IMG/VR virus record: IMGVR_UViG_3300037714_000078
Coordinates: 1 to 45,323 of that record
Direction: 5' to 3' (one strand)
From: a virus
DNA length: 45,323 nucleotides
Translations under genes and position numbers: made by a program
Notes under the pieces: model-generated
Databases searched by the model: none
Seen by the model: the letters and a program-made list of their open reading frames with translations, nothing else
What the model was told of the DNA's origin: nothing
Shown here: positions 22,994-31,912 of the stretch, piece after piece
How the letters are laid out: every line of letters begins with the position of its first letter
Position numbering within the stretch: position 1 is the stretch's first letter

Positions 22994-25362
22994 TACATAG
23001 CCTCCTCAATCTCGGCCACCGTGGTGGCGGTAGGTGTCTTGTCGAAGTCGACCCAGGTGTAGTCGTCCCAGAGCGCGTCGAACGTGGTCCAGGTGCTGCT
23101 GGGCAGGGCGTTGGCCCAGGCCTCGTCGAAGTCCTCCCACGTCGGGGGGATCAAGACGAGGTCCACCTTCTGCATGACCTGCCCAGGTTCGCCGGACAGG
23201 TCCACTTTGGCCACAAGCGCATTGGAGCGGACCCCGGTGCGAGTGTGCTGGATCTCGATCACGTCACCCAGGTCCAGCCGGTAGTCCGGCACCATCGTGA
23301 CCGTGTTGGCTCGCCAGCTCCGCTGGTTCACCCGGCCCCAGATGAAATCTGCCAGCGCGTTGGCGTCCTCTTCACTCTGAACGTAGTGACTCAGGTCGAT
23401 CTCGATAGCCGACTTAGCTTCGGTGGCCGGCACACCCCGCTCGATGGTCTCTTCTCGGGTCTGGTCGTAATACCAGGACGAGCGCAGCTTCAGCCAGGGT
23501 GCACCCGTGTTATCCACCATGTGGAAAGGGCTACCAGTCAGGTTGTTGATGATCACCTTCCAGGTGGAAGACGACACCCGGTCGATCCTCATGCTGATAT
23601 CGACGTTGGGGTCGATATGCGCCCCGGAACCGTTGTTATATCGGTAGGCGTCCCAGACGTGATAGAACCCGTTATCGAAGTCCTTGCGGTTGAACGGATT
23701 CAGCTTCAGATCGGCGGGGTAGATGTAGTCCAGATCGAAGAAGAACTCGTTGCGGCCGGGCCACACGATAAGGACGTCTCTGAACTCGTAGATGACGGGC
23801 AGCCCCGTCTGGCTGGGGCTGGCGATCACCTCTACAACCGGGCGATACCTCAGCACCAGCCGGTCAGCCTGATCGGACCAGTTCATGACCCAGGGCAGGT
23901 CCTCGAAGTTGAGGCCCACGTCTACGATGCGCTCCTGCTGCAGGTTGTTGAGGCCCACCAGTGTGTTTCGGTTGAGCACTCGCAGATCGCCGTAGACGTC
24001 CGTCATCAGGGCACCCTGCCAAGCCTCCACGATGGATTGCATCGTGGACCACACGCCCAGATCGGGATCCAGCCACGGGGACGTGATGGTACCCAGCAGA
24101 GGCTCCAGGTAGATGCGCCCCTGGTCCCCGCCGAGGGTGTTGAGCAGCGTGTCACGTACAGCCTGGGTGACGACGGAGTTGTCGACCACCGAGTAGTTAG
24201 AGAGGATCGCGTCACCGACAGTGACATTCCCGAAGACCTGCATCTCTATGCTGAATTCGTTGACCCGAGACATCTGATTTGGCATGGCGTGCACGTACGG
24301 CCCGAACCAGAACCCGTCCTGGCGACGCACCCGGACGGATGCGGAGTTGAATCCGGACGAACTAGCTACCCCCATCGTCACTTCGATCTGAATGCGGTTG
24401 GGGATGTCTGGATTCCGAGTGATATCCAGGTTGTTGACGGATGTATTGGTGTTGTTCACACCGCTGGACCCGGTGGAGTAGATGACAATATCTACATCAC
24501 TGTTTCCGGTCTCCGCCTTCAATTGGATGCCAAACCGACCGTTGTTAGTGACGTCATCCCACTCAAATCCGGCCCAGGCGTTATCGATGTCGAGGGTGAT
24601 GGTGAAGCCTGTCGGGACTAGCGAACCCACCTCGTAGAGCACATCGATGGTGTTGTCGAGTTCTGTACTCAGCCCAACGACCCCGTCAGACGAACCCCAA
24701 CTAATGGTGTCGGTGGTCTGAAAAGGAACGTTCACGGGCTCACGTGGGACCAGCGCCCCCTGGAGCGGAACGTCCAGGATCGGGTTGTATCCGTCTTGCC
24801 CAGGTGTGACGTTCGGTCCCGAGCGAAACCCCATCTGAGCGGCGAGTTCCGCCACCAACCAGACAGGATCCTTGACCTGAGCATTGATCTCTTCCTGGGT
24901 GATGTCGCTGGCCCACTGCTGGTCCAGCACTCCCGGAGTCTGGTCACGACCCTCGATGGTCTTCTCGTCCAATTCCACCTGCACGCCGACCGTAGTCAGC
25001 TCTCCCGAGATCTCAGCCACCTGGAACTGTCCGGTAGGAATCTCGGTGCTGTTGCGCGGGGCCAGCAGGATCTGTGCGTCTTGGCCGGTCAGCTCGTAGA
25101 CCAGTCCGTGCTTCCACGGGAAGTCCTCAGGCTGGCGCTTGACCAGGACCTTGCCCGTGCCGACGGAGAGACCCGTCCGGTGACGCACTTGACCTGGCAG
25201 CGCTGAGGACTTCATCTCCCGGGTGGATGACCAGCTGGCTACCTCCCAACGTGTAGGGACGGCACCGCTGGGTGCTTCGGAGTCAAGGGTCTCCAAGTGA
25301 CCCAAGACGCTATCCTCGGCCCAGGACCGGAGGGGCCAGTCATCGGGGAGCTCGACGGCCAT
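22993..25362 (-). CDS. tail tip (Tal-like) minor tail protein, 789 aa
   Basis: The call rests on size and position (third gene after the tape measure). The start at ATG 25362 overlaps the upstream stop (TGATG). The Arg/Gly-rich extension to 25902 was rejected. Confidence 0.6.
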   Translation of the reverse strand: MAVELPDDWPLRSWAEDSVLGHLETLDSEAPSGAVPTRWEVASWSSTREMKSSALPGQVRHRTGLSVGTGKVLVKRQPEDFPWKHGLVYELTGQDAQILLAPRNSTEIPTGQFQVAEISGELTTVGVQVELDEKTIEGRDQTPGVLDQQWASDITQEEINAQVKDPVWLVAELAAQMGFRSGPNVTPGQDGYNPILDVPLQGALVPREPVNVPFQTTDTISWGSSDGVVGLSTELDNTIDVLYEVGSLVPTGFTITLDIDNAWAGFEWDDVTNNGRFGIQLKAETGNSDVDIVIYSTGSSGVNNTNTSVNNLDITRNPDIPNRIQIEVTMGVASSSGFNSASVRVRRQDGFWFGPYVHAMPNQMSRVNEFSIEMQVFGNVTVGDAILSNYSVVDNSVVTQAVRDTLLNTLGGDQGRIYLEPLLGTITSPWLDPDLGVWSTMQSIVEAWQGALMTDVYGDLRVLNRNTLVGLNNLQQERIVDVGLNFEDLPWVMNWSDQADRLVLRYRPVVEVIASPSQTGLPVIYEFRDVLIVWPGRNEFFFDLDYIYPADLKLNPFNRKDFDNGFYHVWDAYRYNNGSGAHIDPNVDISMRIDRVSSSTWKVIINNLTGSPFHMVDNTGAPWLKLRSSWYYDQTREETIERGVPATEAKSAIEIDLSHYVQSEEDANALADFIWGRVNQRSWRANTVTMVPDYRLDLGDVIEIQHTRTGVRSNALVAKVDLSGEPGQVMQKVDLVLIPPTWEDFDEAWANALPSSTWTTFDALWDDYTWVDFDKTPTATTVAEIEEAM

Positions 25363-26237
25363 CAGGAGACCCCGACGTCCATCGGGGTGACGGCGTCCAT
25401 GCCGACTTCCTGGATGGTCCAGGCGGTGTGCTCCCGGGGTAGCTTGCACGGGTCGCAGTCGCGCCAGATGATGTTCGTCGTGGTCTTGGCGTCCTGGACC
25501 GCGACCGAGCAGGGCATGCGCCGGCCGGCCCGGTAGGAGGTGGGAGCACAGTCGCCCTCGTAGACCATGAGCCCTGCGGTGAAGCCGATCGTCACCGCCA
25601 CGGTGATTGTGCCATCGGCGACCGGGGTGAAGGTGGCGGTGGCCTGATGAGGGTTGGATACCGTGGACCCGTTGAGCCCGTTCGCGCTGGCCGTGGCGGC
25701 CCCCGAGATATCGATGGCCTCCTGTCCGGTTCCGAGCGTGGTCCAGACCGTGGCCGTGTACTCGACCCCGCCCCGGACCGGGATCTGGAGCGATCGAGTC
25801 GTGACAACCCCATCGCCATTGTAGGTGGGCAGCCACATGGGCAGCCCGTCCGGCTCCCCGACGTTGTAGACCAGCGGGCCCGACGTCGCTGGACCGGCCC
25901 ACTGGGACAGCAGGTCCGGAGGGACCATGTTGACCTTGGCTTCGTTGGTGTCGAGCAGCAAGGTCCGCATGTCGGGGTCATCGAAGTTGTAGTCGTAGGA
26001 CGCTGACTCCAACGCGGCGGTGGCCGCAGCGGTGGCGTAGCGGTAGTCCAGCTCCCACGATCGGGGGCCGGAGGGGGCGCGCTGCACGTAGCGGTGCCCG
26101 TCCACCGTGGTCAGCTCGCTGAACTGGCGCTGGCTGGTCTTGTCCACCACGGGCATGATGCCCTGCAGCTGAACCCAGTGGCCGTAGAGACGCATCCAGA
26201 ACGGGCTGGCGCTGTCGGGGACCTGTGGAGCCGTCAT
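25362..26237 (-). CDS. distal tail protein (Dit-like) minor tail protein
   Basis: It is the first gene after the tape measure. ATG 26237 overlaps the TMP stop (ATGA). Confidence 0.5.
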   Translation of the reverse strand: MTAPQVPDSASPFWMRLYGHWVQLQGIMPVVDKTSQRQFSELTTVDGHRYVQRAPSGPRSWELDYRYATAAATAALESASYDYNFDDPDMRTLLLDTNEAKVNMVPPDLLSQWAGPATSGPLVYNVGEPDGLPMWLPTYNGDGVVTTRSLQIPVRGGVEYTATVWTTLGTGQEAIDISGAATASANGLNGSTVSNPHQATATFTPVADGTITVAVTIGFTAGLMVYEGDCAPTSYRAGRRMPCSVAVQDAKTTTNIIWRDCDPCKLPREHTAWTIQEVGMDAVTPMDVGVS

Positions 26238-28450
26238 GAAAGTTCTCCTGCCAGTCGCTGGCCGTCGAGCCACCACTCGGCTGTCGTACGCCGGTCACGA
26301 CCCAGGGTGACGTTGAGCGCGATCCGGCCCATCAGCGCGGCCAGCGAGGATACGTCCACACCATTGTTGACGGTGGTTGTGCTCGTCGAGCTGGACGCCG
26401 GCCGGCCGCTCACCGACGGGATCGCCGAGGCGAACGGGTCGAGCGATGCCGCGACCTGCGGAGCCACAGCGTTGGCCGTGTCCTCCATCGACTTGGCGAA
26501 GTCCTTCATCAGGGCCTCGCCGGAATAGGTGGTGTAGCCCGACCCGGAGAACGGGCCTTCCTTGGCCGGGGAGAAGGGGAAGAAGTTCCGCACCGCAGAG
26601 ACCGCAGACTGAGCGGCCGAGACCGCATTGCCAATCCCCGCCCGGATGCCGTCGGCCAGCCCGGAGATCATGGAGAGCCCCGAGCTGAACAGCATTGAGC
26701 CCAGTCCGCCGAGCGCCCCCCGGATCCGCCCGGGCAGACCAGCCACCAGGCTGACCACCCGGCCGATGCCGGAGGAGACCGCCGATCGGATCGAACTCAT
26801 CGCGCTGGACACCACGGCACGCGCAGCAGCGAGCCCAGAGGAGAAGGCTGCGCGTACGGCTCCGAGCCCGGAGGCGACGATCCCGCGCACCCGAGCGATA
26901 GCACCTGTGACGGTGGCGCGTACCGAGGCCATCGCCCCGGCGACGATAGCGCGGGCGGAGGCCCACACGGATGAGAAGGTGGCGCGTACCGAGGAGAGAC
27001 CACGTGAGACTGCGCCACGTACGGCGGCGATCGCGCTGGAGATTACACCCCGGATCCGACCCCAGACGCTTGAGGTCACCGCAAGGGTGTTGCGCCAGGT
27101 GGCAGCGATCGCACCGCCGGCTGCGCGGAACAGACCGACCATCATGGTGACGGTGCGAACCACTGCGGTGATCGCGATCACCACCGCACCGACGAATGTG
27201 ATCGTCGACATCAGCCCGATCCTGAACAGGTTGAGACCGCTGACAGAGTCTCCGAAGAGGCTGGTCAGCGGCTCGAAGGCAGCCCTCAGGTCGGAGATCG
27301 CCGGGGCCAGCACCGTACCCACCAAGTCGCTGATGATCTGGAAGGTGCGGGCCAGGTCGGCGATCAGGTTGATGACCAGCGGCAGAATGCCGAGCAGCCC
27401 GACGAAGAGTGAGGCGAACAGCTCGGGATCGGACGCGATCACGTCGGAGAGGTTGGTCACCGAGTCGGAGATGTCAGTGAAGAACCCGTCGAGCCGGGGT
27501 CCGATCGAGTCAAGCAGATCGGTGAAGGCGTCGGTCAGCGGCTGGACCGCTGGAGTCAGATTCTGGAAGGCGTCGAAGAACTGGTCACTGAACCCGGTCA
27601 GCGACTGGGCTATCTGCTCGAAGGCGTCCTCGAAGGTGGGGGCCATGTTGTCGAAGGCCGAGGTGATGTCATCGGCCACCGAGACCAGCGTGCCCTCCAG
27701 CGGGGCCGCGATCTGCTTCATCTCCGTGACGATATGGTCAGCCATCTCGGAGAAGGCGGTCTTGACCCGTTCAGACTGGGCCGCTGCCAGGATGCCGACC
27801 CCGGCGATGATCCCGCCGAACCCGAGCACGAGCCCAGCGGCCGCCGCCGCGCCGATCACGGGGAAGGCCGCGAACGCCAAAGCCACCGCGCCGACCAGCA
27901 GAACGGCGTTCTTCGCGATCAGCTGGAACGCGCCAGAGAAGGCCTCGTGAACCGCCCCGGAGTTTCTGGTCGCCGACCTGACGAGAGTTTCAAATCCGTC
28001 GCCCTCGACCTCGACTTCGACCTTGGCGACGTGACGCCGCTCGACGGCCTTCAGGGCTCGATCCAGCGCGGCCAGCTCCTTGACCCCGTCGACCTCGACG
28101 TTGACCCCGGCACGGCGCAGCTCGGCGACGTCGTTCAGTGCCCGCTCCAGGGCCGCGACCTCAGCGCGCTGCTTGGTCAGGTCGAGCGACTCTCGCAGGG
28201 TGGCAAGCTCGCCCATCCCGTCGATGTCGATGTCAATGTCAGCGTTGCGGGTCCGGGTCGCCTCGGTGAGCAGTGCGTCGACTTCCTTGGCCGACTTGGA
28301 GACCTCTCGGGAGAACCCGTCGCCGAACGCGTCGCCCGCGTCGGCACCGGCATGGCCGGCCACAGCTTCGGCCTTCTTCAGGTCCTTCTCGACGGCCTCA
28401 GCCAGGCCTCCGCCTGTGACGTCGAGATCGATCGGTACGGTGACCGGCAC
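26234..28450 (-). CDS. tape measure protein
   Basis: 738 aa directly after the G/G-T chaperone pair. It has hydrophobic central segments and a long Ala/Ser/Val/Arg periodic region (…SSVRATFSSVWASARAIVAGAMASVRATV…). Confidence 0.85.
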   Translation of the reverse strand: MPVTVPIDLDVTGGGLAEAVEKDLKKAEAVAGHAGADAGDAFGDGFSREVSKSAKEVDALLTEATRTRNADIDIDIDGMGELATLRESLDLTKQRAEVAALERALNDVAELRRAGVNVEVDGVKELAALDRALKAVERRHVAKVEVEVEGDGFETLVRSATRNSGAVHEAFSGAFQLIAKNAVLLVGAVALAFAAFPVIGAAAAAGLVLGFGGIIAGVGILAAAQSERVKTAFSEMADHIVTEMKQIAAPLEGTLVSVADDITSAFDNMAPTFEDAFEQIAQSLTGFSDQFFDAFQNLTPAVQPLTDAFTDLLDSIGPRLDGFFTDISDSVTNLSDVIASDPELFASLFVGLLGILPLVINLIADLARTFQIISDLVGTVLAPAISDLRAAFEPLTSLFGDSVSGLNLFRIGLMSTITFVGAVVIAITAVVRTVTMMVGLFRAAGGAIAATWRNTLAVTSSVWGRIRGVISSAIAAVRGAVSRGLSSVRATFSSVWASARAIVAGAMASVRATVTGAIARVRGIVASGLGAVRAAFSSGLAAARAVVSSAMSSIRSAVSSGIGRVVSLVAGLPGRIRGALGGLGSMLFSSGLSMISGLADGIRAGIGNAVSAAQSAVSAVRNFFPFSPAKEGPFSGSGYTTYSGEALMKDFAKSMEDTANAVAPQVAASLDPFASAIPSVSGRPASSSTSTTTVNNGVDVSSLAALMGRIALNVTLGRDRRTTAEWWLDGQRLAGELS

Positions 28451-28462
28451 GGGGTTCTCCTC

Positions 28463-29052
28463 TCACTGGTTGTAGGTCTCTAGCACTGCATCTGGATCCC
28501 AGACTGTCCCCTTCAGGCTTCCTGTGTAGCCCTGCGGTGGCACCTCGAACCTTGCTCGTTGGGCGTCCCACTTCTTCGGGTCGGCGGACTCCTGCATCCA
28601 GTACAGGATCAGGTCGCAGCACTCTCTGAGGTAGAGGTCTCCGAGTCGGAAGCCTGACGAGAGCGCGCGGCCCTGGGCTTGCTCGCCGAGCGCGACCGCG
28701 AGGAACCGTTCGACGAGGTAGTAGGGCGGCCCCCGGACGCCGCCTTCAGCAGCAGCCGGAATGCCTGGGTGAGGTGTCCCTGCTCCAGGTTGTCGTCCTC
28801 GTCCTCCAGGCGGTCGGTGATCTCCTCCCAGACGTCCTCACCGAAGCCACGCTCCAGCCAGCTCATCTGCAGCTCGAAGTACTTCTCGCCCTTCTCCTCG
28901 TCCGTCTTGGACTCCTGACCCGCACGCCGAAGCCGGGAGAGCAGCGCCCCGACCTTGGGGAAGAAGAACTCATACTCCTCCCCGCCCGCGAGCCGGATCG
29001 TCTCCATCTCGGGGGCGTCGTCCTTCAGGTCGACTTCTACTTCGATCGCCAT
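28463..29052 (-). CDS. tail assembly chaperone G-T product via -1 frameshift (shift site probably near the G5 run at 28734..28730)
   Basis: The -1 frame is open through the 3' third of G. It reads …PPYYLVERFLAVALGEQAQGRALSSGFRLGDLYLRECCDLILYWMQESADPKKWDAQRARFEVPPQGYTGSLKGTVWDPDAVLETYNQ and stops at 28465..28463, 12 nt before the TMP start. Confidence 0.6.
28609..29052 (-). CDS. tail assembly chaperone (G)
   Basis: 147 aa, acidic, directly upstream of the TMP. AGGAGA RBS. Confidence 0.7.
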   Translation of the reverse strand: MAIEVEVDLKDDAPEMETIRLAGGEEYEFFFPKVGALLSRLRRAGQESKTDEEKGEKYFELQMSWLERGFGEDVWEEITDRLEDEDDNLEQGHLTQAFRLLLKAASGGRPTTSSNGSSRSRSASKPRAARSRQASDSETSTSESAAT

Positions 29053-29066
29053 GCCTTATCTCCTGT

Positions 29067-29444
29067 CTAGAGTGTGATGTTCCCGAGCGCGATCTGCTGG
29101 ACCTTGCGGGTCTCAGACTCGATCAGCGGCCCCAGGCCGGCACCGTTGACGCGGCGCGCGAAGACCACGCCACCGCCTCTCGGTACGAACCGGAGCGCCT
29201 TGGCGCGCACAGGGTAGATCGGCCCAGGACCGCCGCGCGGTCCCGAGACACGGGCGGACCACTGGTTGGTGCCCGTCGCTTTGAGAGCGGCCGTCGCTGG
29301 ATGGTTGACACGGCGACGTACCTTGCGGATCGCCTCTTCGGCTACTGCCTTGGAGACGTACGCGCTGAGCTTGGCGTCAAGGCCTCTCAGCCCGCTGGGT
29401 GTACCGAAGGAGAGTCGGTACTCAATTCCCGCCATCGGAATCAT
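29067..29444 (-). CDS. neck/tail-completion protein (HK97 gp10-like, putative)
   Basis: 125 aa in the position upstream of the chaperones. The family assignment is by general pattern only. Confidence 0.4.
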   Translation of the reverse strand: MIPMAGIEYRLSFGTPSGLRGLDAKLSAYVSKAVAEEAIRKVRRRVNHPATAALKATGTNQWSARVSGPRGGPGPIYPVRAKALRFVPRGGGVVFARRVNGAGLGPLIESETRKVQQIALGNITL

Positions 29445-29814
29445 CGCTGTCCTCGCCCGGCACGTCTTCCGGGGTTGCGCCTACCAGGTCGTCGAGGTCG
29501 TCATCGACGGTGGTGGCGGACAGCTGGTCATCATCAGTCTGGCTCATGAGCCGTTCGATCAGATCGTCCTTGGTGCCGTAGACCGGCAGGTCGTGTTCCT
29601 TGGCCAGCTCGACCAGCTCAGGCTTGGTCAGATCCTCCAAGGTCCGATCGGTGGAGTCCACCGGCGTCTGGGGGTCAATATCGAGCGGAACCGTCGCCTC
29701 GTCCTCGGGCACATGATCCGCCAGCCGGCGAGAGAGAAGGCTCACGGCCTCACGGTAGGGACGCGTCACGACCTCGCCCGTGTTCAGCTTGATGGTCATC
29801 GGTTCGTTCGTCAT
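29422..29814 (-). CDS. SAP/Rho-N (HeH) domain protein with acidic tail
   Basis: LEDLTKPELVELAKEHDLPVYGTKDDLIERLM is a SAP-type helix-extension-helix. ATG 29814 lies 5 nt after AGGGGG. Confidence 0.6.
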   Translation of the reverse strand: MTNEPMTIKLNTGEVVTRPYREAVSLLSRRLADHVPEDEATVPLDIDPQTPVDSTDRTLEDLTKPELVELAKEHDLPVYGTKDDLIERLMSQTDDDQLSATTVDDDLDDLVGATPEDVPGEDSDDSDGGN

Positions 29815-29828
29815 CGTGCCCCCTTCGC

Positions 29829-31754
29829 CTAGTCGCAGCACATGCTCAGCGCGCCGTTGATGGTCCAGATCCCCCCGACGCACCCGCCTTGGTTGTCGAC
29901 GGGCCGCCATGAGACTGGGATCAACTTATCACGCTCGTTGAGGTTCAGCGCGTCACAGCAGGTGATGGCCGAGAGGATCTGATCGGCGTCGAGAGCCTGC
30001 TTCCACGCGTCGGCGGCCACGGCGTCCACGCTGGGCGGCTCGCCGTTCTTGCCCATCGGCGCGGCGCACCGGGTGATCCCGATCTCGGCGGTGTAGCGGA
30101 TCACCTGGCACTTGCCTGTGGCCGAGTCGATGCTGATGGATGATGGCTGCAGGTTGGCCCAGAGCTGGCCCTCGCCGCCAGAGCAGGAGTCACCGCACGC
30201 GTCGAAGGCGACCTCGCCGCCAGGGTAGAGCGAGATCCGGCACGGCTCGATATCGAGCGGGCACCCGCCGGAGACCTCGGGTGTGGTGAGTACCTCCAGC
30301 ACGCGCTCCAGCGTGCCCAGGACCAGGACGAACGGTGTCATATTCGTAGCTCCCGAACTTGTTGGGGCCCCCATAACCGAGGTAATGACCGACACCGTGC
30401 CGGTCGCCGTATGCTGCTGACTGGTCGTGACGATGGGCGCGCCGATCGCATCCGTGACCACCGCAACCGTACCGGTGGCCAGTTGAGCACTGGTCGGTGC
30501 GCCGGCGGCACTCGTGGTGACGGCCGCCGTACCCATGGCCATCTGAACGCTGGCCGGGGTGCCTGCGGCGTCCGTGACCACCTCGGCGGTACCTGTGGCC
30601 GGGTGCGCGGCTATCGCGGCGTCGCTCGCTGTAGTCACCACGGGAACGGTCCCTGTGGCCGCGTGGAGTACGACGGCAGACCCCGAGGCCGCCGAGATGA
30701 CCTCGACCTCTCCGAAGGCGGAGTAGACCCCCGCCGCTCCCTGCACCGTGGGGCTTCCGAAGGCCTCGGTGATCACGTCCACCGAGCCGGAGGTCAGATG
30801 CACCGAGGTGGGTGCACCTTCCACGACGCTGGTCACCGAGATGGTCCCCGTCGCGCTCTGCTGCACGGACGGAGCGCCGGCGGCCGCACTCGTCACCGAG
30901 ATGGCTCCTGTCGCGCTCTGCTGAACGCTCGGTGCACCGGCGGCCTCGCTGGTCACCGGGATGGCTCCCGACGCGGCGAACAGAGACGAGGCGGCCCCGA
31001 GAGCGGCGGTTACCGCAACCGCAGCCCCGGCCGCCGTAGCACGGAGAGCCGCCGAGCCTACTGCGGCTGAGGTGACCGGGACAGCGCCCGTGGCCGCGTG
31101 CTGTGTCGCACCCGCAGGTACGTTGAACGCGAAGACCAGGCGCTCGATCGTCGGACTGCCAACCGTCGAGGTAGCGGCGCTGGAGAACGTCCCCGCCGCG
31201 CTGTCCTCGACATAGGCCAGCGAGTAGCCGTATCCGTCGGTGACGTCATCGGCGGCGGCCGTGTCAACCGCCTCGGTGCCGACCGACCAGGTGTAGGTCG
31301 GAGACGTCGCCGCGTTGATGTCCTGGCAGGCCACCGCACAGCGCAGCGTCGCCGTGGCGGTCAGACCGCTGAGAGAGGGGCCTGCACCACCTGAGGAGAC
31401 GTTGCCCTGCGCTGCCGAGCCGATGAAGGCGGTCCCGGCGGGGAACTCGTAGATGTCGAAGACAACCGGGTAGTTCGAGGCGTTGTGCGTCGTGGTGAAC
31501 GTGTCCCCGCCGGCGGCCGTCCGGTACCAGAGGTAGACGCCGGCGTTGTTGACCGCAAAGCCTCCGGTGGGCAGCGTCCAGCCGGTAGGCGTGGACGAGG
31601 TGACCGCCCCGCCTGCGATGCAGACGAGGACTCTCCCAGCAGTCGGGGTGAACGCTGCGCCCGCAACGACCACGCCAGACGAGGGATCGACGGTGTGTGT
31701 GGTGGAGCCGTTACGAGGCGCAGCGATGGTGACGTGGTTCAACCACTTGACCAT
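29829..31754 (-). CDS. 641-aa virion-module protein: N-terminal beta-rich domain + 12 x ~20-aa repeats + Cys-rich connector-like C-terminal domain
   Basis: Single open frame with a GGGAGG RBS before ATG 31754. An internal in-frame ATG at 30341 lies 8 nt after GGGAG. Confidence 0.75.
   Translation of the reverse strand: MVKWLNHVTIAAPRNGSTTHTVDPSSGVVVAGAAFTPTAGRVLVCIAGGAVTSSTPTGWTLPTGGFAVNNAGVYLWYRTAAGGDTFTTTHNASNYPVVFDIYEFPAGTAFIGSAAQGNVSSGGAGPSLSGLTATATLRCAVACQDINAATSPTYTWSVGTEAVDTAAADDVTDGYGYSLAYVEDSAAGTFSSAATSTVGSPTIERLVFAFNVPAGATQHAATGAVPVTSAAVGSAALRATAAGAAVAVTAALGAASSLFAASGAIPVTSEAAGAPSVQQSATGAISVTSAAAGAPSVQQSATGTISVTSVVEGAPTSVHLTSGSVDVITEAFGSPTVQGAAGVYSAFGEVEVISAASGSAVVLHAATGTVPVVTTASDAAIAAHPATGTAEVVTDAAGTPASVQMAMGTAAVTTSAAGAPTSAQLATGTVAVVTDAIGAPIVTTSQQHTATGTVSVITSVMGAPTSSGATNMTPFVLVLGTLERVLEVLTTPEVSGGCPLDIEPCRISLYPGGEVAFDACGDSCSGGEGQLWANLQPSSISIDSATGKCQVIRYTAEIGITRCAAPMGKNGEPPSVDAVAADAWKQALDADQILSAITCCDALNLNERDKLIPVSWRPVDNQGGCVGGIWTINGALSMCCD
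30350..31094 (-). repeat. coding tandem repeat array (~60-bp period, 12 degenerate copies)
   Basis: Protein repeats of the type ATGxxxVTSxAxGAPxSVQQS span residues about 220-469. The DNA units 30841-30900 and 30901-30960 align column for column. Confidence 0.85.
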
Positions 31755-31849
31755 GACTTACACCTCCCGTATCATTGACACCGCGTCGTGGTTGCGGGTT
31801 TCGAGTCCCGCCCGGCAAGCGCCGGTAGCTCAAGGCAGAGCGTCGACAG

Positions 31850-31896
31850 GCAGAGGCCTTACGGCGGGAGTCGCGTCCCGTGTCGGGGGCCTCTGC
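31850..31896 (-). terminator. long stem-loop in the 158-bp spacer between late genes (attenuator or terminator candidate)
   Basis: GCAGAGGCC (31850-31858) pairs with GGCCTCTGC (31888-31896). The inner stem is CGGGA/TCCCG. Confidence 0.45.
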
Positions 31897-31912
31897 TGTG
31901 TCTGGCTCATGC

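Noticed and set aside
25363-25902. N-terminal extensions offered by the track for several genes (22993..25902, 1419..3941, 33112..34005, 35343..37094, 38844..40175, 20203..21300).
   Set aside because: The extensions overlap the preceding gene by tens to hundreds of nt and are Arg/Gly-rich. Internal ATG or GTG codons with an RBS, or with ATGA/TGATG coupling to the upstream stop, give compact gene packing.
30350-31094. A regular ~60-bp periodicity that could be mistaken for a CRISPR-like array.
   Set aside because: The units are contiguous with no spacers, degenerate, in frame, and translate into a protein repeat within a single ORF. No cas genes are present.
31794-31841. A possible tRNA gene (T-arm-like GCGGGTTTCGAGTCCCGC and D-arm-like TAGCTCAAGGCAGAGC).
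   Set aside because: The elements are in the wrong order for a tRNA. The T loop is 8 nt. No anticodon arm or 7-bp acceptor pairing can be drawn. It is kept only as a tRNA-like structured spacer in the findings.
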